A stretch of DNA of 64,000 nt from Eledone cirrhosa (GCA_964016885.1 OZ024743.1:149296001-149360000), one strand, 5' to 3'; counted from the stretch's first letter, positions 26,136-39,970 are shown. Numbers and translations are program-made. Notes: generated by a model not told the origin, from the sequence alone.

Positions 26136-26446
26136 AATGTGTGTGTGTGTGTGTGTGTGTAATGTGTGTGTGTGTGTGCTGGTTGAATTTAGAGCATTTG
26201 ACTTAATGTAAATTGCTATAACAATAGTTGATAAATTGTAGAGAAAATTGGGTAAACTCCCTCAGATTACATGTGTATGTATGCATGTATAAATTGTATA
26301 TATATGTATATATACATATATATATATATGTGTGTGTGTATATATATTTATGTGTATATATATATATATATATATACATATATATTTATATATGCATATA
26401 CATATACATACATATATACATATATATTATACATATATATATATAC

Positions 26447-26497
<51 letters not shown>

Positions 26498-26847
26498 GTG
26501 TGTGTGTGTGTGTATTGTCTTTCTTAGAAAGTCTATAAATAGAAAAAGCTTTATAGACATAACAACTCCCGAAAAGCTAAATATTCTACCAACCACCACC
26601 ACCACCACCACCATCACACACATCATATCTGCCATCAGCACCATCACTGAAAATTGCTCCAGAAACAAAAGCAAGTATAAAGATAAAAACAAAGAATGGA
26701 AATATAATAAATAAGGAAAAATAAACAATAACAACCAAAGGCAACGACTTAATTTTTTTCCAATTGAGATCTTTGATGTGTGATGGAATTTATTTATGTT
26801 GTAAATCTCATTTTGAAAAATCTTTTCTTGTTATAGAAAAAAATACA

Positions 26848-26899
<52 letters not shown>

Positions 26900-27129
26900 C
26901 ACACACACAAACACACATACACATGCACACACACACATACACACATACACACATACACACAACCATACACACACACTCACACACATATACAAACAAATAT
27001 ATACATACATATATTGTTGTTTTTTTTAAATTATAATACTCTTATTTTTTTATCTCTTTTTAATATTGGTTTGATAGTTTTGCAAATTCAGATATTTTCA
27101 TAAAGTGTTTTGAATAAATTTGTTGATGT

Positions 27130-28360
27130 ATCATCATCATCATCATCATCATCAACGTTTAACGTCCGTGTTCCACGCTTGCATGGGTTTGGACGGGGGT
27201 AGTCCCACTTGAGGCAAGAGTGATTGTCTTGCTCGCATAGGACTGTCTGGCAGGTTTTCTACAGTTGGATGCCCTTCCTAACACCAACCACATTTACAGT
27301 GTGGGTCTGGGAGGTTTTTACCATGTTGCCTACACGGCCACATTACAGCGTGGACTGTGTGTTTTTTTGTCGTGACACCTACACGATCTCATTTGTTTCG
27401 GCCTGGATGGCGCGGCACCAACATAACTTTACATAGAACGGGGTGGGGTGGATGGGGTGGGGGTGGTGGCGGGACGGGGTGTAGTTTGTTAGAGATGCCT
27501 ACTGGCAAGGCGGGTCTTCTCTGTTACTGAGTACCGCCAAAGGTCATGGTCCAGTGACATTGTCTTGGAGAGGTGTAAGTGTGTGAGGTCGGAGTTTATC
27601 AGCTCATCCCATGTTTTTCTAGGTCTGCCTATTCCGTGGCTACCGTCTATCTTTATTGCCCTGCACTTTGTAATACAGCTATCGACTTTCATGTGCATCA
27701 CGTGTCCATACCAACGCAGCCTTCTCTCGAGTAAACAACATCTGATCCCTCTTATCTCTAATTTTTTCCTTAGTTCGTTTATGCTTTGCCGTTCACGTAT
27801 ATTACTGTTACACATCCAGCGGAGCATGCAAGCTTCGTTCCTCTCTAGTCTGCGTATATCCTCTGCACACAATGCCCAGGTCTCACTACCATGCAACATT
27901 GCTGTTCGTATGCAGGCATCGTACAACCTGCCTTTCATTTTTAGGGAGAACCCTTTAGCAGCTAATAGTGGTATAAGCTCTCTGAACTTTTTCCAACCAG
28001 TTCTGACTCTAGCTACAGTACTTTCAGAGCACCCTCCCCCACTGCTGATTTTATCGCCCAGGTAACGGAAGCTGTCCACTATTTCTATAGAACCCTCTGC
28101 GCAATTGAAAGAGCTAGTATTTTGTGGGCACTTGCTGCTACTTATTGCACCAGAACACCGGCCACATGTAAAGTCTATGTTCTTAGTTAGCTTACCTGTG
28201 ATCCCACTACATCTTTTATGCACCCATACTTTGCATTTAGGACATAAGATGGAGTTTCTACCTATGCCTTTCCTACATACCGAGCACGACCATTTCCCAG
28301 AAGGGACCGCCGCCTTGTTTTCTTTCCTACAAACTAGAACTTTGGTCTTAGCCAGGTTAA
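27130..28360 (-). mobile_element. 5'-truncated RTE LINE; RT C-terminal half with PHD-type finger and extended 3' UTR
   Basis: ORF 27489-28360: KTKVL, CSVC..CPKC..H..C..CGRC, FRYLG, HGSETW, GRPRKTW. Confidence 0.95.
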
Positions 28361-28559
28361 TATATATATATATAGGTATATATATATATATATGTATATA
28401 TATCATAATCATCATCATAATCATCATCATCATCATCATCATCATCAACATTATCATCATTACCATTCCATGCTTCCATATATATATATATGTGTTTGTG
28501 TGAGTGTATGTATGTGGCTCTGTATGTATGTATGTATGCATGCATATATATATATATAA

Positions 28560-29620
28560 TTATCATCATTTAACATCCATTTTCCACACTTTCATGGTTT
28601 AGTTGGATTGTCAAGTTATGAGACAGGTCAGCTCCAAAGACCACATCATGCTCATATGTATCTGTATATTGTCTTGGTTTCTATAGCTGGGTGCCTTTCC
28701 TAACACCAACCATTTTACAGTAGGGACTGGGTACTTTTTATCATGACACTGAAACGACCATATTACATGATGATTTGGTTTCTTTTTGTCATGTCACCGC
28801 CATGAGCACCTTATATGACACTAGCATGACCACCTTATAGTGTCGACTGGGTGCTTTTTGTCATGTCACCAGCACGACCACCTTTCAGTGTGGACTAGAT
28901 GATTTTTCTCTTGTTACCAACATGACCACCTTAAGGGATGGACTGGGTGCTTTTGTTGTTGTGGTACCAGATTAGCAAACAGGGTGGTCTTTGTGCTTTT
29001 TGTCATGGCAATATCATTGTGAGAGATTAGATGTTGAGTGTGTCCAGCTTTCGTAGGTGGGACAGCATGTAAGCAAGTTCAACATCAATTAGGTGCATAG
29101 GGATATTTAGTAGGTGAAGGGTACATAAAATATTTAGCAGGTCTGAATGGGGTATTCAGATGGGGGACAGTGGATAGGGGTGGGAGGTGTAGAGAAATTT
29201 GTGAAGACTAGTGTGCCCTCTACATGTTTGTTTTATTTTGATTTGTGTGCACATGGGAAGGTCGGCCATCTGCAGTACAGCATGATGTCAGAGGTCTCAT
29301 GTCATCTCATTTGTGAGGTTTATTGGGCAAGGTCAGCTTTTATTATTTCATCCCAAGTTTTCCAAGGTCTTCCTCTTTCATAGTTACCATTGACTTTGAG
29401 TGACCTACACCTTTTCATACAACTGTCATCTCCATACACATTACATCTTCAAACCACTGCAATCGCCTCCCCAGTACATTGCATCTGACCCCTCTTGTGC
29501 CTAGTTTCTCTTTTTGTTCACTGAGGCTTTGTCATTCATGTACAGTACCATTATACATCCATTGAAGCATGTAAGCTTAAATTCTTTCCAATCTTAATAG
29601 GTTCTCTACACATATAGCCC
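28560..29620 (-). mobile_element. Old degenerate RTE 3' fragment whose UTR contains tandem units of about 45 bp (28700-28970)
   Basis: Decayed GRPWKTWDE-type coding on minus near 29340-29380; repeated gtcaccagcacgaccacctt..ggactgggtgcttttt. Confidence 0.65.
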
Positions 29621-32600
29621 TTATATATATATTTTTAAATATCTTTCTTTCACTTTTCATTTTTTTTCTCATAAATTTTTAACTGACACACACACAGCTT
29701 AATTTTATTTTGAATAGTAAAATCCTTAGTAATGTTATTATTGTGAATATAGAACCAATGAATTATAAGTGTGTAGCATTTAGTATTTTAAGCAAATTAA
29801 AAACTATCAATCAGGATGTTAAGAGTGCTAGTCTCCCACTCTACTTCAACAATTCTTATCAATGTTTACATTTCTTCCCCAAAACTTAGACAAGATAAGG
29901 TAGGTGATGATAGATTAACGATTCTGTAAGAAATATTAAATAAACATTAAATAAACTTTGTAGTTAAAAACTTTGAAAACATACATTATATGTTTTTATA
30001 TTCTTTTATATAAGTGTTCTTTTGGAATATTTAAAAATTGATTAAGTTGGACCATCATGTGAACTTGTAGTCAAACTGAAGGCATCCAAGAGTGGTGTTA
30101 AACTGGGCAATGGATTACATTTACCATCCAAATAGAATGGTAAATGTAATACAAAAGTACATCAGGATTTGAACTCAGAATAGTAAAATCCCCCAAAAAG
30201 TACCTGTAGCCATCTCTCCTGATAATCTAACAATTTTGCCTTCCATCCCCCACCACCAATGAATTACTTCATAAAGATGTTGACAATCTTCATTTGGTTC
30301 AGATAGGTTGATTTACTTAGAATTCTTAGAAACCTTTCAGAAGTTGCTCCAATTTAAGCTTCATAAAAATGTGCAGTTATATAAACAATCAAATGTAGAA
30401 CCTTAAATATAATTTTATTCTTAAATTTTTGGTGTTTGGGAGGAATGTTTTTTTTTTAAATACTGCACTAATTTATATAATTACTCTAAATGAATTATTT
30501 TTAGTGGATACAAGTATCTTGGTTTTTTCTGACAAATTTCAAAAAAGTCAAATTAAACTATGAGCTTCTCTTTGAAAAGATGTGACACTATATAAAGTTT
30601 CAGTTAGAGAACTCTGGCCTACAATTTGAAACATACATTCACTTTTATATAATAGCCATTTCATGACCATAGTTCTAAAGAAACACACATATTATTGAAC
30701 TGGTGATTGGAACGTAACTTAACAAAGGTTCTTACATAAATTACAGTGGAAGGTTTTAATTTAAATATGAAAACTTTCAAATGATCAGTTTGATATTATA
30801 GAAATAAAGACAGTTTTTTGTAGGTTTCTATTTCTTGTCAACACAGTACTATGTTTGTATTTTTGAAACAAGTGAGAAAATTAAGAATAAATTTCCATAT
30901 TACCATTATAACTCTTTGCTGATATTATCAACAAAATAATTCTTTAGTTTTTCTCTGCTACCTATTTAGATATTTTTCAAAAGTTCAACTCTGATGTGGT
31001 TCTTGATATTTTTTTTTGTTTTTTTTTATAACGTTCCTAGATATAGACACAGCTATGTGGTTAAGAATTTTGCTTCACAAGAACTGGGTTCCAGGTTCGA
31101 TTTCATCGCAGGGCATATATTACTATAGCTCTGAACTGACTAATGACTTTTAAGAGAAATTCATAGACAGGCACTGTGATGAAGCCAATCATATTGTCAT
31201 CACCATCATTACTATTTAATGTCATGGATGGGTCATTACAGACCAAATCAGTAATTAATCGAAGCTACCGATTGCTCAGGTTGACTAGGAGCTACACCCC
31301 AGATACATATGTTCCCACACTGTACAGAGTAAACCAGTTGCCTTTTATTGTGATACCAGCACTAGGGATGTTGTCATGTCTTTGATACAGCTGAAGAGTT
31401 CTTTCAACCCCTTTGGCATTGTGTCTATAGTTGGAAGCATTTTCTAATACAAACCAGTTCACAGAGTGTACTTGATATATTTTATCATGACATATATATA
31501 TATATACTCAGTAAAATTGTTGGTGTTAAGAAGGGCAACCAGCTGTAACCAAGTTAAACGAAGGGCTGAAAGGATTCTTCAGTTGTGTCAAGAACATGAC
31601 AACCTCCCTAGTGCCAGGGCCTTGATAAAATGCATCCAGTTCACTCTGTAAAATGGTTGATGATAGGAAGGGCATCCAGCTTTAGAAATCATGCCAAAAC
31701 CAGAATGTATGTAAATGAGATATGGTCTACTGTTCCTCTAGGAGGAAAAAAACTCTGATTAAGTACTAACTTAGTCTGTGACAACCCGTCCAACCCGTCC
31801 AACCCATGCCAGCATGGAAAAGCAGACATCAAAACAATGAAGAAGTTGATAATGATGATGATAATAATGATGATGACGATGATGATGATAATGATGATGA
31901 TGATGATGATGATGATATTGTTGATTATATTATTTTTGATAATTTGTTTGTGGAAGTGTGGAACATTGTTTATTCCCAGGCCAGCACTTAGCTCAATACA
32001 ACCTGTATTTATTTAGAAGCAAATACCTAAAATGATTTTTGTTCATTCAGATGTTTGTTGTATCTTTACTAATGAACAGATCCCTGTGAAAATTTGCAGT
32101 AAACTAACGTAAAGGCTAACATTTTTAATGTAATGCAGGTTTAGATTTATTTTATACTTTTCAAGAACTTCTTGATAATGTTGTTTTATACGGTTCAAGA
32201 TGTTAAGAGTTAACAAGTAGAGCTATGATAAAAAACCATAATAATATCATATAATTTATCTATGACTATATTATGTAATGGGCTCTTCTGTCTTTTTAAG
32301 ATGGCAGAGTATAACTTGCAAGGGACTTGGTTGATATTTCCAGCAGATCAACTAGTTAATTTGGTATATTATCACAAAGTTCTTTGTGTTGTACTTTCTT
32401 TTTGTTGTTGTTTTTCTTGAATTTATTATTTTGTTGTTTGTGTTGCTGCTACAGCCCCTTGTTTCTGTTTGTGTTGTTGTTGTTGGTGGTGCTGCTGCTG
32501 CTGCTGCTGCTGTTAATTTTATTGTTGTTAATCTTGATTTTGTTGTCTGTTTATTTTGTTAATTATCTTTAATGTTATTTATAATGCTTTTAGTTGCTGC

Positions 32601-32642
32601 TGCTGTTTTTGTTGTTGTTATCATCATAATCATCATCATCAC

Positions 32643-32697
<55 letters not shown>

Positions 32698-32920
32698 GAT
32701 GTTGCTGTTATTACTAGATTGTTATTTTTAGTTTTTACTTTTGTGGCAGAAAGTGAAGAATGTTGGCAACTTAATTATTGTTATAGTTAAGATTTATAGT
32801 TGTTTTTATTGTTATTGTTTTAATTGTTGTTCCTGTCATTCAATTAATTTGGTATGTAAAATCAAGATTGTAAAGCTTTATATACATACATATGTATGTG
32901 TATATATTTATACATATGTT

Positions 32921-33005
<85 letters not shown>

Positions 33006-33082
33006 ATTATGTATGTATGTATGTATATATGTATATATATATATGTGTATGTGTGTGTGTATTTATGTATATATATGTATGC

Positions 33083-33131
<49 letters not shown>

Positions 33132-33158
33132 TGTATATATATATATATATATATATGC

Positions 33159-33196
<38 letters not shown>

Positions 33197-33312
33197 TTAT
33201 ATATGCATATATATATATGTATATATATATACATGGATATATATATTAAAACTACCCATTTTAAAGATTTTCAATTTAAAATAAATATACATACATACAT
33301 ATATATACATAC

Positions 33313-33342
<30 letters not shown>

Positions 33343-33345
<3 letters not shown>

Positions 33346-33527
33346 ACAAAGGAAATGTGGTAAGGAACCAGGTGGACCATAACGCACCAAAGTACTCAAT
33401 ACTTAGGGTAGTAGAGTGGGTAATAGGAACGAGTAGGACCCCGACGGCTGAGCTCAAGCCGTTTCGACGGCTAATTCTAGATTCGAAACGGCTTGCGCTC
33501 AGCCGTTGGGGTCCTACTCGTTCCTAT
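33343..33527 (-). mobile_element. Family-A element with fold-back end
   Basis: ataggaacgagtaggaccccgacggctgagctcaagccgtttcga...tcgaaacggcttgcgctcagccgttggggtcctactcgttcctat. Confidence 0.75.
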
Positions 33528-33560
33528 ATATATATATATATATAATATATATATATATAT

Positions 33561-36500
33561 TGTCCTGGGTATGACATTAAACTACATCCAGTGGCAAGGC
33601 TCCAGTTCGGGAGTTCAGGAGTTGTGGGGAATGTGGAGTTACCCCTTAGCTGTCATGACTGCCAGGTCTGCCCTGGCCCGGGGTGGTAGTACCTGTTAGG
33701 GCTCCATTTATGGTTTAAATAACTACCTTATTCGAGTGGCGCCGGTAAGGTATTGTCAGCCATTGAAAAGAAATATGGAGAGTTGATCTAACAGCACTAG
33801 GGTTAGAGCCCTTAATTACACTGTCAAGGAGCAGCCTGGTCGTTATGACTCTGCTGGCTTAGAGCCACAGAGAGGACCAGTGGATGATGGATCAGCTGTC
33901 TCTGAGACAAATATAAAGAATGCAGTTTTGTCCTGCAGAAGAACCATCAAAATGGGCACTTTGAATGTGAGGACTATTCGGATGCTGGAGAAGAGAGAGG
34001 AGTTGGGACATCTGTTCGAGGAGAGTGGTATACAGATACTTGCGATCCCAGAACACAGGATCCTACACGATGAGCCCGTGAGGAGTGTGATGATCGGGAA
34101 GAGGAGCCAGCTCATCACTACATCGGCAGTGAAGAACACAACAAATGCTGCAATAGGAGGAGTGGGTTTTGTGTTCAGTGCAAAAACCAATCTGTTGGTG
34201 AGGGAAATAATGCCTATCTCCCCGCGAGTGTTGAGGGTGACCTTCAATGGAAACCCAAGACTGACAGTCATCTCAGCCTATAGTCCAACCGAGAGGGACA
34301 GTGATGTGAGTGCGGAAGAGTTCCATGAGGAGGTGTGTAGAGCTGTCAACACCACTCAGGCACACAATATCCTGCTTGTTTTGGGGGACTTCAATGCACA
34401 TCTGAGTAAGAAGGGCAGTGAAGATCCTTGCTGGTACTTCCATAACAACACCAACTGAAATGGAAGACTACTGAGAGACACCCTGCTGGAGGCGAACTTG
34501 ATGGCGACCAACCTAAGGTTTAGGAAGAATCTGGGGAAGATGTGGACCTACATCTCAGATATGCACCTGTCCAAGTCCCAGATTGATTTCATTCTGGTGA
34601 GGAAAAAGTGGCGGAATAGTGTTCTGAACACAGAACCATACAACTATTTCAGTACAGTGGGTAGTGACCATCGGCTTGTTATGAGTGAGGTCTGGGTGAG
34701 CTTAAGAAAGAGCAAGGCTCGGCCCCGGAGAGCAGTCTATGACTGGGGAGCTTTCAAGGAAGATGATAAGCTACAGGAGAGGTTCACAGTGGAAGTGAGA
34801 AACAGGTTTAGTGCTCTGTGTGGAGAGTCAGAGGAGAGAGAGATTGGATGGACTGAGGAGAGTGTGACGAGGAGGTATGGGCACTTCACCAATGCAGTGG
34901 CGGAAGCAAGTGAAACCCTGGTGCCAGGAAAAAGAACAAAGGGAAGCACGTCAGCTCTGCAAACCCTAAAGTGTGTGCAGCCAGAGAACACCTGAAAGCT
35001 GCCAAGGACCAATTCTATGCTGATCCTACGGAGGAGAGGATGGAGACTGTGGAGGTGATGAGGGAAGAGCTCTGTACCGCTTACACTGAGGTCAGAGAGG
35101 AGGCACTGATAGAGAAGATCAGAAGTGTGGAGAGAGCGGTTGACAGATCTGGATGTAAGGAGAGCTGGATGATCATCAATGAGATCACAGGGAGGAAGAG
35201 AAGGTGTTCGAGTCAGATCCAGGGAACGGGGCCCGAGGATAGGAAGAGGAAATGGGTATATATATATATTGTCCTGGGTATGACATTAAACTACATCCAG
35301 TGGCAAGGCTCCAGTTCGGGAGTTCAGGAGTTGTGGGGAATGTGGAGTTACCCCTTAGTTGTCATGACTCCCAGGTCTGCCCTGGCCCGGGGTGGTAGTA
35401 CCTGTTAGTACCTGGGGAGATCAGGCGGCTGTTTGAGGAACTGGATGTTGAGACAGAGCCCGTCACCAGAGAGGAGCTTCAGAGAGCCAAGAAGAGGATC
35501 AAGGAGGGCAAGGCTCATGGAGAAGATGGAGTGGCATCAGAGGTGATGAAGAGGTGTGATTTTGATGATATCATCCTGGGGTTCTGTAACGGGGCACTGG
35601 AGAAAGGAGTTGCCCCGAATCAGTGGAGGATCAGTAACATCGTCCCAGTGCCAAAGAAGGGAGATCTCTCTAACACCAACAACTACAGAGGGATCTCACT
35701 GACGTCACTTGTGGCAAAGACCCTCAACAGGATGATTCTTAACAGGAGAAGAAGCTTAGGGACAACCAGAACGGCTTTAGAGAGGGTAGATCAACCACCA
35801 GTCACATCCTGATGCTGAGGAGGATATTAGAGGGAGCTAGAGCAAAGTGCCTTCCTGCGGTCATGGTTTTCATTGACTTTAGGAAGGCCTTTGATTCTGT
35901 GGACCGTTACTGCCTGATGAAGATCTTACAGGCTTATGGAATCCCCAAGAAGATAGTGGACCTGATATCACTGCTCTACACCAACACCAAAGCCCAAGTC
36001 ATTACACCTGATGGGATGACAGAGTTCTTTGAGATACTGGCTGGAGTGTTTCAGGGAGATACGTTGGCTCCCTACCTTTTTATCATCGTAGTGGACTATT
36101 GTATGCGCCTTGAACTGGAGAAACACCATGAGTCTGGCTTTACTGTGGCACTGGCTCAGAGCAGGAGAGTTAGGGCGAAAAAGGTATCGGATGCTGAATT
36201 TGCCGACGACATAGTTTTGGTGACAAATACAGTGAAGGAGGCAGAAGATTTGATGCGGGAGGTTGAGACTGTGTCGATGAGTGTGGGGCTGAGAATGAAT
36301 GAGACTAAAACAAATTATCTGGTAGAGAATGTTGAGAAGCCAGAGGGGATCACTAATGTAGGCGGGAAGCCGCTAGAATTGGTTGAGGATTTCCTGTATT
36401 TGGGAGCAAAAATTGGGAATACGGAAGATGATGTGGTTGAGAGGAAGAGCAAGGCCTTGGCGGTGTGCCCTAGCTTGAGATCGGTGTGGAAGTCGGACCT

Positions 36501-36961
36501 TCGTAGAGACTTAAAAATCCGCCTCTTCATTGCTGTAGTGGAGTCTGTGCTGCTGTATGGGTCTGAGACTTGGACACTGACCAAGAAACTCACTCAGATG
36601 GTGGATGGGTGCTACACGAGAATGCTGAGGATGGCCCTGAACATTAATCAGTATACACTGAGGATGAAAAACTCAGAGCTGTATGGGAGCATCCCAAAAG
36701 TCAGCTCAAAAGTGACACAGAGAAGACTGAGGTTAGCTGGACATGCTCACCGACATCCAGAGTTGACATTGCACTCAGTGCTCCTTTGGGAGCCCCTACA
36801 TGGACACACTAGAAGAGGAAGACCAAGGTTAACGTATGTTGATGCCCTAAGGACAGACACTGGTCTGTTGGAGACGCAGGACATGGCAGCGATAATGAGG
36901 GACAGAGACTGCTGGAGAGAACTCGTCCATGGATCTCGGGAATTTTACCCGCCTTAGAATA

Positions 36962-36964
<3 letters not shown>
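33561..36964 (+). mobile_element. Near full-length RTE-clade (RTE-X-like) LINE, APE endonuclease plus RT, disrupted
   Basis: GTLNVRT, LGDFNAH, IDFIL, SDH endonuclease motifs; IDFRKAFD, GVFQGDTLAP, FADD, FLYLG, GRPR RT motifs; stop at 34458 and frameshifts; inserted in (TA)n. Confidence 0.92.
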
Positions 36965-36997
<33 letters not shown>

Positions 36998-37001
<4 letters not shown>

Positions 37002-37256
37002 GTAGAACACTGGAAGGTAATATCCATAGTGGTAGAGCACTCAGTCCATGGGATGAGTTAGGTAGAAATGGTTACACAACAGTTAGTTCACTATACCGTG
37101 AACAATTGTTTCACCTTAGCGGGTCCTCAGCTCGTAATGGACATGGTTATACGAAACAGCTGTTCCGTATAACCATGTCCATTACAAGCTGAGGATCCGC
37201 TAAGGTGAAACAATTGTTCTCAGTATGGTGAATTAACTGTTGTGTAATCACTTCTA
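36998..37256. mobile_element. Fold-back Penelope-like element, palindrome 37063-37256
   Basis: Imperfect arms of about 97 bp centred on aacagctgtt; (TA)n flanks. Confidence 0.75.
37185..37222 (+). ncRNA. Minimal hammerhead (mirror copy 37097-37134 on minus)
   Basis: CTGAGGA-.cc/gctaa/gg-t-GAAAC-aatt-GTT; consensus of the two arms gives stem I cgag/ctcg; palindromic AATT loop. Confidence 0.7.
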
Positions 37257-37439
37257 TATATATATATATATATATACTCACATATGTACTTACATACATA
37301 TGTTTGTGCATATGATCTTATGTATAAAGTAGTTTGAAAATGAACATTTCAAGGAATGTGTAAATGTAAGTGTATGCTTCTATATGCAGTGAGTGTTAGT
37401 TCTCACACTTTCATATGCAGATAAACACAATTTTGTTTG

Positions 37440-37470
<31 letters not shown>

Positions 37471-37816
37471 TAACATGTATGAGAGAGAGAGAGAGAGGGA
37501 GTGTGTGTATATTTATGCCGGTATGTGTAAATAAAATAAAACAACCATGTAAAAGTACATGTGCATACACATGTATACATAAATATATAGTCCTTATGGA
37601 GAAATGTATTGCTTCATTTTAATAAACATGTGTACTTATGAATGTATCTATTGTGTTTGTGTCTGTATATAATGTGTGCAACCATCTTTGAATTGTAGTA
37701 AAACTGAAACAACATCTCAAAATAATTGTTTTCTCAACTAACGTTTTTTTCTCCATTAGTTTTGTATAATGTGTTGTTTTCTGTTATTGTTTTCCCCACT
37801 GTCCAGTCCTGGTTAA

Positions 37817-38046
37817 CTCTTTCATGATCGCATTTCTCATGAAATACAGTCTATTTTAATTAATTAATGAAGAATTTTGAGGGATTTATTCAAATTATTA
37901 ATTATTTCATTACTAAGATAGTAACTTAATGTAAGGTTCGTACATAGAATTATGTTGGAAGATTTTATTTTAAATTGAAAATCTTTAAAATGGGTAGTTT
38001 TAATTCATAGAAACAGCCAGTTTAGGCCAGGTTGGTAACTAAAGGG
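37817..38046. mobile_element. piggyBac-like MITE
   Basis: TTAA|ctctttc ... aaaggg|TTAA. Confidence 0.6.
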
Positions 38047-38537
38047 TTAAACAGATTTACATCAAAGACATGCTATTCTTGAACACATGATTTTTTTTCA
38101 GGTTGTGTACCTAGGACTACATTATGAAATGTGTTCCCCTTTTTAAAGCTGTAAGGGAGATTTATTTGCTATTTATCAAGCAAGTATGTAGAGCAATGTG
38201 ATGAGTTGATTGTAATTGCTTCAGACTTGTTTTGATCTTGAAGCTTACCTAGTTTTTACTATATAGGAGTTTGAGACACCAACAATAGACAATTTTAAAT
38301 CTAAATATGAGTGAAACCTTATCTGTAGGTGAAGGGTTCCCCTACTCGTAGAACAGAAGCTCCCTCAATGTCTTGTATTTTTTTTTTTTTTGTGAAATGT
38401 CTAATGAAATGTATCATAATAGTTTATTGTTGTAAATGAGCAGGCAAGAACACCCATGCTTGCACCAGTGTGGACTCTGCTTAAGCACCCATATATGGGT
38501 TAGTGATTGGTAGATAGAAACTATGTGTGTGAGTATG

Positions 38538-38595
<58 letters not shown>

Positions 38596-38904
38596 TGCTT
38601 GCTTGTGTGTACATGTCTCCTATCTGCCATTATATTGATACTATTTAAAAACTAGTGTTTTTTTGTCTCATAACTTAGAAGTTTGGCAAAAAGAGGCATT
38701 GATGAAATATGTACTGAGATCAACAAATTGTCTAAATCCTTGAAGGCAGTGTCACAGCCTGGCTGCAATTTAATGGTTAAAACTGAATTTGTTGTTATTT
38801 AACTCTAACTCAACATTGCAGAACTATTACACTCATGGCTATGCCAGAAGTTTTTGTTGTTTTTCCAAACTGCATTATTCAATGTATTCTTCCATTCTTT
38901 TTAA

Positions 38905-39043
38905 CCCTTTAGCATTTACCGTTCTCTATATCTATTTTGAGAACAATACCTTAACATCAGTATGAGTGGCTGGTTATAGCCAGTTTGAACAGAAAGAGGT
39001 GAGAGAATCCTGGCCGGATATGGCCAGTTTAAATGCTAAAGGG
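38905..39043. mobile_element. piggyBac-like MITE; inverted relative at about 39337-39551
   Basis: TTAA|ccctttagcattta ... taaatgctaaaggg|TTAA. Confidence 0.8.
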
Positions 39044-39796
39044 TTAAAGATTAAAGTATGATATAAAGATTTGGTTGCCTTTTATAACAGGACAAATAGC
39101 TACATGAAGTGTGTAAATAAAATTGGTTATCGGAATTTTGTTTGGTGGAGTGCAAGTTAGGTGTTTGTTTCCAATTCTGTCTTTTTTTTTTACATTTTTA
39201 GCATATTTAGCTAATTTGTATATATATGTTTTATGGCTTAGTCAAAATAAAAAAAGCAAAGCATTTGACCTTTCTCAGGTCTTGCATGAATGAGGGAGAA
39301 CAGGGAAAAAAGATAGCATGGATTGACTTGGAAGGAAGCATTTAAACCGGCCATAACCAGCCAGAATCCTCTCACCTCTTTCTGTTCAAACCGGCTGTAA
39401 CCAGCTGCTCATACTGATGTTAAGGTATTGTTCTTAAAATAAATAACATCAAAATCTCATAGATTCGGTATTATGTGAGATAATTATGTAAAATAAAGCC
39501 TTTGTCACAAAAATACAATTGTATATATAGAGCAATGTAAATGCTGAAAGGTTAAGATATTTAGTTATTATTTTGAAAGCTGGAGACATGATCCAAATAT
39601 AGACTCTGTAAAAGACATCAAAAAGCCAGATGGTGATAGATTAAATTTCCCACACAAGAACAATTTCTGATTGCATTTAATTCATATTGAGTTTTGTTTG
39701 ATTAATATCTCGATAATACATTCTGTGAGTCTATAGTCTGGATTATACATTTATATCTTGCTTGTTTGATTTTATCGAGTGTTATCTCTATTATAT

Positions 39797-39970
39797 TCTT
39801 CTTCTTCACTCACTTATTCCTGAGAGGGTCATGGGGACAGAGTCCTCAAACACTCTTTGCAGCAGGTCCTGTCAGAAGCAGTCATTTCCAAGCCAGGCAA
39901 GCCGACCTCATGATGTTATCAAACCATCTTGCTCAGGGTCTACCCATGGTTCTCCTTCCTGTGGGTTTTA
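39797..39970 (-). mobile_element. 3' fragment of a (GAA)n-tailed LINE
   Basis: Similar to 61450-61630. Confidence 0.6.

Noticed and set aside
28700-28970. CRISPR-like repeat/spacer appearance (also 19130-19345)
   Set aside because: Units are degenerate tandem copies without unique spacers, the context is eukaryotic, and there are no cas genes.
37152-37166. gaaacagctgtt resembling a second half-hammerhead
   Set aside because: It is the centre of the palindrome with one mismatch and has no upstream core.
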